Source of the DNA: Antedon mediterranea
Lineage: Eukaryota > Animalia > Echinodermata
Assembly (NCBI RefSeq): GCF_964355755.1
Contig: NC_092680.1
Location: 5,270,001-5,334,000, forward strand
Direction of reading: 5' to 3'
DNA: 64,000 nucleotides
Below, piece after piece: positions 25,313-38,155 of this stretch. The stretch's first letter is position 1. Each line of letters opens with the position of its first letter. The position numbers and the translations under genes were made by a program. Below the pieces are notes generated by a model, which was not told where the DNA came from, did not search any database, and saw nothing but the letters and a program-made list of their open reading frames with translations.

Positions 25313-28099
25313 TATCAGTCGCACTCTTTATCCTTGATCATCACCATCGCCATTGTTGTTGTCATTATCAGCACCACCATTATTTTGTTTTCATATCTTA
25401 TTTTGAAAAGATAAATTGTGATTGTTTTGAATGAAATGATACCAAATAGTTTCAGTTTGATGTGATAGCTTCAATTCTGGCTGTTTTATTTGTTATTTTT
25501 TTTCATTCTTTCTGGTATGTATTATGACATTTCAGTACCAAAATAATTTAATGTAAAACATGTTATCAGAACAGTGAAATGAATCTGTATAATTTTTAGT
25601 TATGAAAACTCCACAAGGACTTAGCATACACAATTTTTGCAGAGCTATTTTAGAAAAAAGTGCAGATAATCGAGTAAATTCCATGTTATAGCAATTTCTA
25701 AAAATTTATTTTCTTTGTTAGCTTAAATTTATTCATAGAAAAGTAGTGGCCATGATATTCTCCTTCAAATCAGTACTTGGGACAGAAAAGCATCGAATTT
25801 AACATCACGCCCTTCGCTCTTCATTAGACATTCAAATACAACGCATGCTTAATAATCACTTAAAACACGCGAAGACTAAGTGCGTTTCCATAGCGATCGA
25901 TCGAGCTCTTCGAATCCACTGATTGGATTTTATTAGCGGTAAATGAGTTTCGACTCGCAATAACGGAAATGAATGATCATACAGATTGCTGCACGTGTTC
26001 AAGATATAGTTTGAAACGATCTTTTATGCCTAGGCTAAAATAGTTATCAAAGCAATTCGGCATTCATCCTTTGTCTGGGAACAATGCACTATAGTATCCA
26101 GCATTGTCCGCGTTAATCAAGAAATGGGTCATAATTGTAATATGTCGTTTATCCATATTGTTAAAAATTCCCGCAATGTTTTTGTATTGTTGATGTTATT
26201 ATTAATGAATTGGCCTTGCGCACGATCTCATATTATTTTGTCTTACCGAAGCATGATCAACTAAGATGCATTACTTTAATTTGAATTTAGATGAATTAGA
26301 AGTAGTAGCATGAAAACATTAAAATGTAGAGTTTTAATAGTTGGATGTGAAGGTCTTGAGACCAATTTAACTACCCTTATATTATATTATTATTTTTCCA
26401 TATACAATGTTTCGCTTAATAAAAACACAGATTCATGTAACATTAATGTTTATAGACTGTGAAAGCATATGCTTAACATAACTGTTTATCGACGTTTCTG
26501 TGAAATCATATAACCATCTTAAAAATGTTAACATTGTATGGAATTGTTATTCTTAAAAATCAATGCCCTTTGAAATTGTTTTCAAAATAGATTATCACAG
26601 TATTTGAAACTATTTATTATTATTAATCTGTTGATGTTTAGTTTTTGTTTTCATAAGTCTAGATTGTGTTATTACCTACGGCAATAAGAGATGTTGAGTT
26701 TTGCTTTGTCTCTGAGACTACAGCTAAGCCAAAACCTAATTTCAGTTTTTCCTAATAATTCCAGTTTTCTTTGCATAATGCAAGTTGCACTTGTACGGTA
26801 GACGTATTGTAGAGTTCTGTTATTCAATTCAATACAACTTAATTATCCCAAACTGGGTAATCCATTTGGTGGTGATACAAAAAACCATAAAATACGTTAA
26901 CAAAACAAGCACAATCATCATCATAAACATCTAAAATATGTTACAATAAACTAGAAACAAATAGCACACCAATAAAATTCATAAAGAAGCCTTAAAATGC
27001 CATTAAAAAATTACAGAGGTTTTTATTATTAGAAAGCAATATCTTCTTGAGTGCCATTGTATAGGTAATGTTTCACAATGGTACGATTATTTTGAAATCA
27101 CAGGCAACATAATTCGATTTACACACAATGTTTTTAATAAATAAAACCTTTGGCAGAGAGAGAAATGAGAGTATAGAAAAGTGAGCTTTTTTGTGAAGAA
27201 ATATTTTACATTGTAAGTGTAATGCGTTCATTAATTTCAATTCAATCTCAGTATGTGTCTATTATAAACATGGAAGAGTAAATGTTTTCTATGGAAACAA
27301 AAACTTGTTGAACATCTCTTTCTTGATAAACAACCTTATTTTCTTGTGGGTTCCTTACAAGAGAATGTCCCATAATGGATTTTATTTCACAGTTTCCGTC
27401 TCATTAAACTCCGTCTACTCTTCAAACTTTATGTGACAAAAACATGTGATGTGCACATAAAACATCATATCACTACCATATTTAAGCATTACCGTACTTA
27501 TTATACCATTTGGGCATCACATCATATTTTCTTTGTCAAACTAGTTTGATAGTGTAGACATAGCTTTAAGGTTGTGAATCAATGGGCACAGATTTTGCTA
27601 CAAATGATTACAAACTAAGACAGTAGATAGAGACAAAGGTCGGATACATTACATGCTTTACTACGAAGTATACCAGCCTATGTTTTAAAAAATGGTGAGA
27701 ACACGAGTAAGGTTGTATTATTAAAACCAGCAAAACACAGTATAAATTAAAATTTAATTATAGACGGTATGCCTGAAATAATACTACACACTAAAATGAT
27801 ATAGTGGTGCTTATTTTACTTATTTAATTACATTATGATATGGTAATACGTGAAATATGCTGGTACATGAACAATTCATGTTTATTGTTAAAAGAAAGTA
27901 CGGGCATGTAAAACAAATAAATTTTAATATTAATTTATTGTAATTTACTTAGTTTAAACATAGGGTACTGCTAACGGAATAATAGTCTTCATAATTATGC
28001 TTTTAATTATGTCAAAACAGCTCAATAAAAGTGGGGGCTAATCCCTGTTACACAGCTCTCTGTTGTTCAACGTAATAATCCATGGTAGGAATATAAATA

Positions 28100-28116
28100 C
28101 CGCCACCTAGCGGTGG
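28100..28116 (-). promoter_or_regulatory. Candidate CTCF-binding site
   Basis: Minus strand CCACCGCTAGGTGGCGG resembles the CTCF core CCASYAGRKGGCRS. It lies between the Id domain and the ARFRP1 promoter. Confidence 0.45.
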
Positions 28117-29421
28117 TAGAGGAGGATTGTGAAAGTGCACGAAACGTAGATATAGGCGCGGCCCAATCGAAATATTAAATAAATATTTACAATTAATAAT
28201 TAAACCTAATTCAACACTATATGATGTAGGGTTATTATAACCCTACATAATATTAATGTATACCACTGAGATAAAAGTTGACTGTGCCGGAGCAGAATTT
28301 AGGTCTATCTAATTGCAGAGAAAACCATTATTTCTGTAGGCCTATTTATTATGACATTATTTAGGGGATCTAAAAGTAAATTTGATATTAAAAAAATAAT
28401 ACAAACGGTTTCGTAGGCGCGCGCCCGAGTCTCTGATTTCTTCATACTCGATAAATAATGGTAACATTTTCTAGGCCACAATGAACAATATTGTTTTCAC
28501 CGATTCCATCCCTGACAAAAATAATTTGTTTTGCACAACCAAGCAGCATGCGCTAGCAAGCAATATATATATATATATAATAATAAATCAATGCTTTATT
28601 TTAATTTATATTTTTATTTTGTAACAGAGTGCCGCTGAATTGATTAAAAGGGAATACTTTTTGCCATCTTAGAGAATTTTCAATTAGTACCTAATTGATA
28701 TTAATAATTATTATTATTATCATATGAATAGTAAACATAATTAAGTTGATACTAATAAAAATAGAAACTAAAAAAAATATCATTTTTATTGTTTAAAATG
28801 ATTGTAACTTGTAGTGAATATAGTATTTAATAGACAATAAGTGACCAATCAATTTATGATAAATAATGCAAAAGAGGGCGATCGACCATGATCTATAATG
28901 GATTTTTTTTATAAACGCGATGAGAAATATGACGCGTTTAGCTACACGACACGACGCGACGCGACGTGAATTGCTTCATTTGAACACGTTGAATTGAATG
29001 AATGATGTGGTGGTGTGGACGTGGATCAAGTTGAATAAAATACGCCTAGCCTAGGCCTAGCATTAGCGTTTGCTGCCTTGTATGTAGCCTAGTAACATAC
29101 TTAGCAGTTAGTGGAAGTGCCCTCTCTAGACTACTAATAGGCCTAGGCCTAGTGCCAATTCCATCTAGCTAACCCTAGCTAGTAGTAGCCTAGGCCTAGT
29201 AGGTTAAGTGAGGATCCAAGTGAGGCTAGTTAGGCCCTGGTGGGCCTAGGCTAGGCCCTAGCTAGGCATAATAACATAGGCCTAGAGGAATTACTATTAG
29301 TATTGTATTGGCATTTAGGCCTAAAAATTATATTAAAATTATTACTACTAATGAATAACAAAAATGTGTTTTCATGTTATCGTTAATTAAGTTATTATTT
29401 TTTTAAAGATACGAAAACAAA

Positions 29422-32201
29422 ATGTTTGCTCTTCTATCTGGCCTTTGGAAGTTTATGTTTAGGAAAGATGAATATTACATCTTGATTCTTGGTTTGGACA
29501 ATGCAGGCAAAACAGTAAGTGAACATCAAGCTATCTGTGTAATACCCAGCATTCCAAGTACCACCGAACATTTATAATTACTATACGAATTCGCGGAGTA
29601 TGGAAAGAAAGGGCATCCGAAAGAAATATGTTACTTACAGTACACAACAAATATAAACCCCTTACTCATGAAACATTGAATGGAGTTGTATTTGAATGTG
29701 TGCTTCTTTTTGTTTTAATACAGACATACTTGGAACAATCACAAATGCAGTTTGATAAACATTACAAAGGTGGACAACTTGACAAAATAACAACAACAGT
29801 TGGATTAAACAGTAAGAAGTAAAATCATTTTTTGTGATATGTGGTAAAATTTGCACACAGGTGGCTGAACCCACTGTCACCCAGGTGACTGAACCATGTA
29901 ATAGATATCCCACGTTCTTACAATGTCTTTGACTTTTATTGCAGTTGGTAAAATTGATAGGGGTCATGTCAGATTGAATTTCTGGGATCTGGGAGGTCAA
30001 GAAGAACTACAGGCTCTATGGGATAAGGTAACATTTACAATTTACATTATTTTATATTACATATACCTTAAGCAGGGAGATGTAACTCCCTGTCTTATGC
30101 AAGGACAGTAGAATGATAGGGCCTAGAAAAAACCCTGTTTTCGATTTTCACATCTTAATTTTAAGCTCTGTCTACACTATTGAATTACATCGACAAAAAA
30201 GAGTGATGTGCCTAATATGGTAGTAATATGACATCATCGTGTCCATATATGAACACATCACATTTTGTTTTCACATGAAGTTTGAAAGTGTGGACAGAGC
30301 TTTAAGCTCACTCTACACTATTATCAAACTTTACGTGACAAAAAATACATGTACGATATATGTACATAATGATGTCATATCACTACCATATTTGGGCACA
30401 TCACACCTTTTTTGTCAAACTAGTTTGATAGTGTATAGACAGAGTTTTAGACATTACAGTTTTTTGGCTTAAACTAACTCTAGTCTTACCTCATTGTATA
30501 GTACTATGCAGAGTCACATGGTGTGATCTATGTCATTGATTCATCGGATAGTAGCAGATTAGACGAATCAAGAGAGGCATTTGGTGAGTGGCTTGTGTTT
30601 GTGAGCTATAGACGCATGTGCTAGATGCATGAGCTAGACACCTGAGCTAGACACCTGAGCTAGACACCTGAGCTAGACACCTGAGCTAGACACCTGAGCT
30701 AGACACCTGAGCTAGACACCTGAGCTAGACACCTGAGCTAGACACCTGAGCTAGACACCTGAGCTAGACACCTGAGCTAGACACCTGAGCTAGACACCTG
30801 AGCTAGACACCTGAGCTAGACACCTGAGCTAGACACCTGAGCTAGACACCTGAGCTAGACACCTGAGCTAGACACCTGAGCTAGACACCTGAGCTAGACA
30901 CCTGAGCTAGACACCTGAGCTAGACACCTGAGCTAGACACCTGAGCTAGACACCTGAGCTAGACACCTGTTCTATATTTGTGAGCTAGATGCAATGCATG
31001 TTTAAATTTTCACAGTATTTGTAAACTATTATTTTCAGATGAGATGCTTACTCATGAAACATTGAATGGAGTTCCGCTACTGGTGCTTGCAAATAAACAA
31101 GATGTTGATGTAAGAATAAACAAGAATTGATTCAGCATTTACAAATTCTAATCAAACTTTATGTGACAAAAAATATATATATATATGGACACGATTATGT
31201 CATATCACTACCATATTTAAGTACAATATCACTACCATATTTGGCACATCAAACTAGTTTGATAGTGTAGACAGAGCTTTTTAACTGTTGGGAGTGTCCT
31301 GTCTTGGATCTATTAATGTGTACCTTTTATATATTATGTTTTTGTCCCACTTTTTAGGGTTGTTTATCAGTTGATATCATCAAGGAAACTTTTAATCAGA
31401 GTTCTTCAAAGATTGGCAGACGAGATTGCCATGTACAAGCAATTTCAGCAAAAACTGGGTAAGTTGTACAGAACTACTACTTAGTTCTTTTACTACTATA
31501 GTATACGATACTACCACGGAAGAGTGAAATTACATTTTAGATGTATCCTCATATGTACCTTATGCACTTGTAAATTATGACCCACTATAGACCCCTGAGA
31601 GAGGTGCGTCATGGATGCATCATTTACAAATAATTATTGACGTCAAAAAACCTAGATGGTACATCACATAACGAACAATGGTGTGTCAATGTCACTTTAC
31701 CACCCACCATATCATAACATGGTCACAGTGCATCAAAATGGGTGCATCATTGTCAGGTAAAGGTAAGTCATATTTTTGGTGCACAGGTGCGTCATGATAT
31801 TCATTTGTCCGATACGCACGCCTTGTATAATAGTGGGTCATACAATTGACAAGTGAATTAGGAGTTTTTAGTACATTAGAAACCCTATTAAGGGGACAAG
31901 TTCAGGACCAAAGTGATTTGTGAGTTTTAATTTACACTTAAAGCTCTGTCTACACTATCAAACTTTATGTGGCAAAAAAAATGTGATGTGCCCATAACAT
32001 ATGGACATGACGATGTCATATCACTACCATATATGAGCACATCACACTTTTTTTTGTCAAACTAGTTTAATAGTATAGACAGAGCTTAAGACTTATACTT
32101 CTTTTTCTAGGGATGGTATTCATGAATGCATTGATTGGATGAAGAACATGGTTGTTAGAAATACAATACGGAGACCCCCAACTGAGAAGGACATTACCTG
32201 A
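29422..32201 (+). CDS. ARFRP1: ADP-ribosylation factor-related protein 1, 202 aa
   Basis: Exons 29422-29514, 29724-29811, 29945-30027, 30502-30583, 31039-31109, 31358-31458, 32111-32201, all GT-AG and in frame. [59 protein letters not shown]-terminal RPPTEKDIT. Confidence 0.96.
30164..30446. mobile_element. Tandem dimer of PIF/Harbinger-like MITE
   Basis: TTA-[AGCTCTGTCTACACT..GACAGAGCT]-TTA-[AGCTCACTCTACACT..GACAGAGTT]-TTA. Confidence 0.85.
30631..30969. repeat. Perfect 13-bp minisatellite (GAGCTAGACACCT) x26 in an ARFRP1 intron
   Basis: Uninterrupted identical units with degenerate GAGCTAGATGC flanks. Confidence 0.97.
31150..31278. mobile_element. PIF/Harbinger-like MITE, 5'-truncated
   Basis: ATCAAACTTTATGTGACAAAA..CACTACCATATTT..AGTTTGATAGTGTAGACAGAGCT. 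Confidence 0.8.
31558..31862. mobile_element. Non-autonomous TIR element, unclassified
   Basis: Imperfect ~30-bp inverted termini CCTTATGCACTTGTAAATTATGACCCACTAT / ATAGTGGGTCATACAATTGACAAGTGAATTAGG. No clear TSD. Confidence 0.6.
31942..32086. mobile_element. PIF/Harbinger-like MITE (reference copy, 145 bp)
   Basis: Consensus TIR AGCTCTGTCTACACTATCAAACT with TAA on both sides and an extended palindromic body. Other copies/fragments at ~19674, 27405, 38409, 39811, 40792, 53970 and 54385, plus those listed separately. Confidence 0.88.
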
Positions 32202-33037
32202 TATCGATTCTCCACTATGTTAATACAATTTGAGAGTACCATTTATAGTGGAATATACTGTATAAATAAATATATTTTAGTCAATTTGTTTATTATATAA
32301 AATATGTAGCATTTTAAATCTGCTCCAAAATATTTCTATTATGAGTTGAGTCATCCCCCATTCTTAACCCCACTTCCTACTCAATACTTCTTTGTATCAT
32401 TGCAATGGCTATGTACATATTGTGATGGAGAGAAGCCTTTGAAATGAACCAAAGCAACACCCTTATTCAAAATACAGTCCCAGTTTGCCAAAAATGTCAA
32501 GGTATTGGTTGAGGAACGTCCTCATTAAAGGCCTCTTTCCCGCTCACTTTCTGAAGTTTGCATTCTGGAAAAAAATTGTTTTTCTTAATTTTTGTTCTGC
32601 TAGTCTATTTTAAATTGTTGGCAGAAAAGGAATTAATATATTAATTGAAATACCTGTTTGAAAATGTATAGTGGGGTGGTGAATGCTTCTCCTTATTCAA
32701 ACCTATAACTTGCCAACTTTTGACTGTAATAATAATATTAGAAAATATTATTAAAATAAGATATGTGTACAGCCTTCAAAATTGTTTGAACTACTTATAA
32801 TTCACTATTACTTTTTATATGGTATGAAACCGGTCATAAATTATAATATGTGTATATTGATAAATAATTGTAAACAATTTTTATTTATAGAATAAAGTTG
32901 TCGAATGTAATTTGCTTACTGTATTATTTATGAGTGTTAGTACTGTAGATAAGAATGTAAATTTTTATTCTGATGCGAAGTTTTTTCTACAGCGCGCCCT
33001 CTATACTTTGATATAGTTTGTTTAGAAAAAATTCAAA

Positions 33038-36000
33038 ATGTCACCGCGAAAAAAACAAGGCGATGTTCCTTCCTTTCTTGATGAGACAGTTCCACCATGT
33101 GAACACTGTGAAAAGTATTTCTTTTATCAAAATTCAACGTTCAATTTATTTGATGCTACATTCCTTGGCATTTCTGTGGCCACATATTTAATGGATATTG
33201 TTACAGGTAGGACTAAAGGCTAGGCCTAGCACTCGCGCAGTACAAACATCGCACTGCGCCGTCTGCGGCCATGCATGATGTGTGCACTGGCCCGGTGTAC
33301 AAAACTAGACTTGGGCTAGCCTAGCTAGGACATTGCCTATTATATTACTGTGAGCATACACAACCGCTTTTAGCGGGCTGGCGGTTTAAGGTCCAAATTA
33401 TAAGCCTAGGCTATGCCAACCAAGTGAGTTTTAAAATAAAATTACATAGCCTAGCCTAGGCCTCCTACCTACCTAGGGCTAGGCTAGGAGTCGGACTAGG
33501 CCTAGCCTAGGCTACATGTATTCATTTTTAATTTTTTTTTTCTGCTGTGTGTGAAACAAAAAAATACAATAATTTGTTTATGAATCATTTTAATTTTGAA
33601 ATAGATATGATCGTATGTGTGCAATACTTCAGCGCGCCCGAGTACTTCTGGGGATTTCTTACATTGTTTTTCACACTCGTTCCATCTGTCATTGTACATG
33701 TGTTCAGCGCTCGCTGGTATTTGTTAGATGATGATGACATGACCACATCTGATTGGCTGCTACACATATTTCAACTCGGTACCCTCAAAAGGTGAGACAG
33801 TTTTGCGGTAATGACAATGTACTTGTTAGACTAAATATTAGTAAATGTATTTTTATATTTTGCGAGCTTTGCCTTTTTGGTCCTTGTATTCATATTTGTC
33901 ATAAAATAATTGTTATTTAATGATGATGAATAAACAACTAGTCTAGTAGTAATAATGTAAGGTTGTTTTGTTTTTATATATTTAGGCAAATTGTCAAGGA
34001 TAACCATACATAAGCGAATTCATTATGATTCACTATCCTTCTTAAATCCCGTTCACAAGAGAAACATATAAACAAGATGCTCTACATAAACAAAGTCTTA
34101 TTACAAGTCATTTTGGGAGTGGAGTTATAATTTGTCAGAAAAATTCACAACATATGACAAGACTTGAACCCAGGACACTTAAATTGGTAGCCAAGCATCT
34201 TAACCACCAAGCCACAAGGTTTGTGGTATTTCTCCTTTCTCATCAATATTTGTTTTCCTTTTTCTGTTCAGATATGTATGTGTGTTCCAGACCGGTATGG
34301 ACGCAAGGCATTCTCATGACTCTAGTGATTTTGAACTTTTATATCATCAGCAAAGCGACGTTTCAATGCTACGTTTATTTGAGTCGTTCATGGAATCTGC
34401 TCCGCAACTTGTTCTTCAACTCTACATAATGGTTGCCACAAATGATGAGAATTACTTTACAGGTACATTTTAATAAGACATCATAGTCGGGGTTACCTAG
34501 GTGTACTGGTCCATTCAGCCCCTGTCGTTATGGACAGACGAACGGGCACTGTTTGGTGACAGCACTCGACATGAAGGGACCCTAGTGGAGAAAAGAGTTA
34601 TTGTATGTGCCATCCACACCTATTCAGCCCAATTAGGCTGCAAGTCATAGGTTATTACCCCACATTTAAAATGTTGATTTAAATTTACATTTGTTTAAGT
34701 TTAAATGTTAGATGCTGATGTTCTTATTGTCTAGTTAGTAGTTATTCTTTAGTGTTATTGTTCCAAGGTATTATTTTACAAAGTTATTCACATTTCTAGA
34801 TATACCTTGTTTGATTCAATCTGTAATAAATATAGAATCTCTAACATATTGGAAAAAAAATAAAACTGTGCACAAACATTATATGGTTGAATAATTACTT
34901 AATTTAAGAACACAATTTATTTTTGGAAATTGAAGAATAAAATACCCTTTATAAATGCAATTTTTGTTTTCTAACTAATTATTTTTCTATAATTTATAAA
35001 TTTTATTTTTTAGGTGTATCAGCTGCTGTGTCACTCATATCCCTATGCTGGGCAATTGCAGCTTACAGTAAAGCACAACGCAAGATGCGCATTGACAAGG
35101 CTCACATCTCATGGCCAGGCCTCGTCTTCCAGACGATATGGCGGATTGGAATGGTGTCATCACGTGTAATGTCACTAGTACTGTTTGCTTCCATATTTAA
35201 AGCTTACATCTTTCCTGTTGTTGGTAATTATTATTGTTTTACAATTTAAAAAAAAATATATTTATTCTTGGAAAATTATTACAAGTTTTGGTACATGTGT
35301 AAAAAAAAGGCAAAGTTGGACTACAGTACTAAACTAGGTAAACAGAGATTCAACATAAAGTATTGGTCAAAAAAATTTTGGCACACATGGCGTTTCATAT
35401 GTATACTTGAGCTGGATTCTAGTCACAGACAAAAATCTATACTAACAACATAAAAAAGACATTGATTAGAGACTAAGAAAGAGAGTTTTATCCAAAGAAT
35501 CCAAAGATTTATTTATTTACTCTTGAATTCCATAATTGAAGAATGATAATTGCTCACCTTGTAATATGTTCTAATTTAATAATTTTGTTGCCTTCTTAGC
35601 TGCCCATTGGTTAGTTATGTTCTTGTGGGTTTATCAACAAGACACTGACTTCTGCGCAACATGGCCGGAGGAGCGTCTCTTCAACATCACCATCAGCATC
35701 ATCTACATCTTCTGTTTCTTCAACTTGAAGGAGGGTAGCTCTAGATTCCGTATAGTTGCCTTTTATTCCATCATATTCATAGAAGACATGATTCTTGTGA
35801 TTCTTTGGAGTATTTACAGTGAACCAAATAATCAATATAATGTGGCCGGCTATTCAATTGTTTTTGGTGGATTTTTTGTAGGTTAGTCAATGCTTTTTCT
35901 TGTTTATCATGGTACAAATGATTTGTAAAATTAATATTTTAAACCATTTCAACAAAGAAATGTTCTATGGTTTATTTGTACTTGTTTCATCTATATTTAA

Positions 36001-38155
36001 AATATATTATAGGTTATATATTTCCTTTATGGCTATGCGGTGTATGTGTAAGCCCTACCCCTGTACAGTCAACTCTCCCAAAGCCAGACTTTTCTTGAGG
36101 CCACAAATTCATTTTTACTATTAGAAATACATTCCAAATACCAGACTTTCTGGAACTCCAGATATATTAGGGCAGTCCAACAGTATCTGGGATTTGGAGA
36201 GTTGACTGTATAACCTTCCTTGCTCAGCCGATATTTAATGTCTGTTCCATAAAAGCTTTTTGAAGTTCATTTTACATACATAGAAACTGTACACCTGCGC
36301 AACATGGCCGGCACAGCACAGGCCCATTTTTTTCTCCAAATTTACCAAATGATGGAATGTTTACTGTTTTCTTGCAGGAATTTTAAGCATGGTATTATAC
36401 TACAGGTGTTTCCATCCAAGTGGACAAATTTCACTCTCAACCACTATTCTCAAAGACATTGAAAAGCACTGCCCTCATGATCATGTGTACTCTGAATCAA
36501 CACCTGGATCTTGTGGCCTAGATGCTGAGATCTCGTTCAGATCGAGGTCAGTCTCTCCGCACAAATCCCCCAGAGACTTCAGCTTCAACAGTGGCAGTAT
36601 TTACCAGTTAAACTACAGCGTTACATCAGAGAAATCAACCCACATGCAGCATTCATACGACTCTTGTAAGCCAGCCATCCAGAGAAGTGTTAGTGATAGT
36701 TGTCTGCTTGATCTCACCACCAGAATGGAAACCCAGAACGAGCTGGAGATGTCACATGTAAATTGCCTTGTTCAAGAAGAGATAACTTATGAACTTGGGC
36801 TCACTTTCACAGACTATCGATTAAATTGTACTGGTTTTGCAAGTATACTAGCTGAGCATTATGATGCAGCAAAAGAGAACGTTTTAATGGATAGTAGTCT
36901 TCAGGAGGGAAGTTTAGAAAACCACCAAGAATGTATTCATGCAAGAAGTAATCAAGATTTAGAGGATTCTATTGATATGACACAAGGGTCGTCCTTGAAG
37001 GATATGCCAAACATGTCTTTACAGTCACCAGGTTTGATGACCAGGTATGAAGCAGAGAAGATTTATCTGGATATTCTTGAACAAGGACGTCCGCCAGTGC
37101 CATCTCAAAGAAAATTAGTTTTCAAATCGGGAGAAGATATGTCAAGAAAGATAGAAGATTCTAAGAAAATGAGGAAGAAACATGTTGTGGAGCCAACTAC
37201 AGAAAGGATAAAAAAGAAACAGAAGCCTTACATTCTATGGAAGCTGGATAAACAAAGAAAAGGTGTGGCAGCTGAGAAAGAAATGAAGGTGACAGAAGGA
37301 CAACATGAAAACATTCCTAACACAAAGAAAAACAGTTCAACTGAGCTGAATAAGGAAGAGAACATGGTTAATCATAACGGAGAATGTAAAAATGAATGTT
37401 TTCCATCAAAGAGTGAAAGGAATTCAGTAAATGTAGATTTTCCAACTTCTATTTTGAAAGAAGTCAACCCACCAAATTATCAATCTGAACAAGTGGAGCC
37501 AATATTGGCACCAAATGAGGATTATCACAAGACATTCCAAACAAAGGAGAAAACAGCTATTATGCTTAGTCTTGGACATGGAAGACCTCAAGAATTTGAG
37601 ACTATTCCAGGGCTTAAAAACAGACCAATGCGTAAACATAGTTTTAAATCTTCAGTTTTAAATGAGGCTACTCCAAGTCGTAAACACAGTTTCAAATCTT
37701 CAGTTACCAGTGAAAATATTCCAAGCCGTAAACAAAGCTTTAAATCGTCAGTTTTGAGTGAGGCTACTCCAAGCCGTAAACACAGTTTCAAATCTTCAGT
37801 CATAAGTGCAAGACGTACAAACAGCTTTAAATCATCATCTATGAAGCCAAGCATTGATAACAAAGAAAATAGTCCCTGTAAATCAAACAGCAAGAAAGAT
37901 CCTAAAACCTTCCATACTGTTCTCCGTGAAGTAACGCCTGTCAATGCTCATGCATCAAAACCCACCAATGTCACTTCTACATTTGATAGCAAACAAGCAT
38001 ATTCCTCTCCATCTGTAAGAAGTTTACAACTCTCACTCTTCAGTCCTCCTGATAATACAAAATCTCCGGGAACTGCGGAGAAAAAAGGCAGACGATCGCT
38101 TGGGAAGATTCCACTTAATACTGTTGCTCACAAGATTAGTATGTTTACAAATTAG
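33038..38155 (+). CDS. XK-related protein (XKR family scramblase), ~938 aa with a long cytoplasmic tail
   Basis: Exons 33038-33206, 33605-33791, 34272-34462, 35014-35223, 35600-35881, 36378-38155, GT-AG and in frame. Family motifs DVSMLRLFESFMESAPQLVLQLYI, SLISLCW, AHWLVM, YIFCFFNLKEG, MVLYYRCFHPS. Closest vertebrate paralog not assignable. Confidence 0.93.
34050..34216 (-). mobile_element. tRNA-derived SINE (family A), partial
   Basis: Reverse complement matches ~18705-18872 (GTGGTTAAGATGCTTGGCTACCAAT..CCTGGGTTCAAGTC..CTCCACTCCCAAA). Confidence 0.75.
36066..36208. mobile_element. Tc1/mariner (pogo/Tigger-like) MITE
   Basis: TA-CAGTCAACTCTCC..GGAGAGTTGACTG-TA: 13-bp perfect TIR with TA TSD. 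Confidence 0.8.

Noticed and set aside
24184-25324. Asp/Glu/Asn-rich ORFs resembling acidic biomineralisation proteins
   Set aside because: Frames switch between duplicated blocks (451-bp period), no signal peptide or clear splice context, and the composition follows from (GAT)n drift.
30631-30969. Possible CRISPR-like array
   Set aside because: No spacers, eukaryotic intron and no cas genes; the same applies to 62985-63590.
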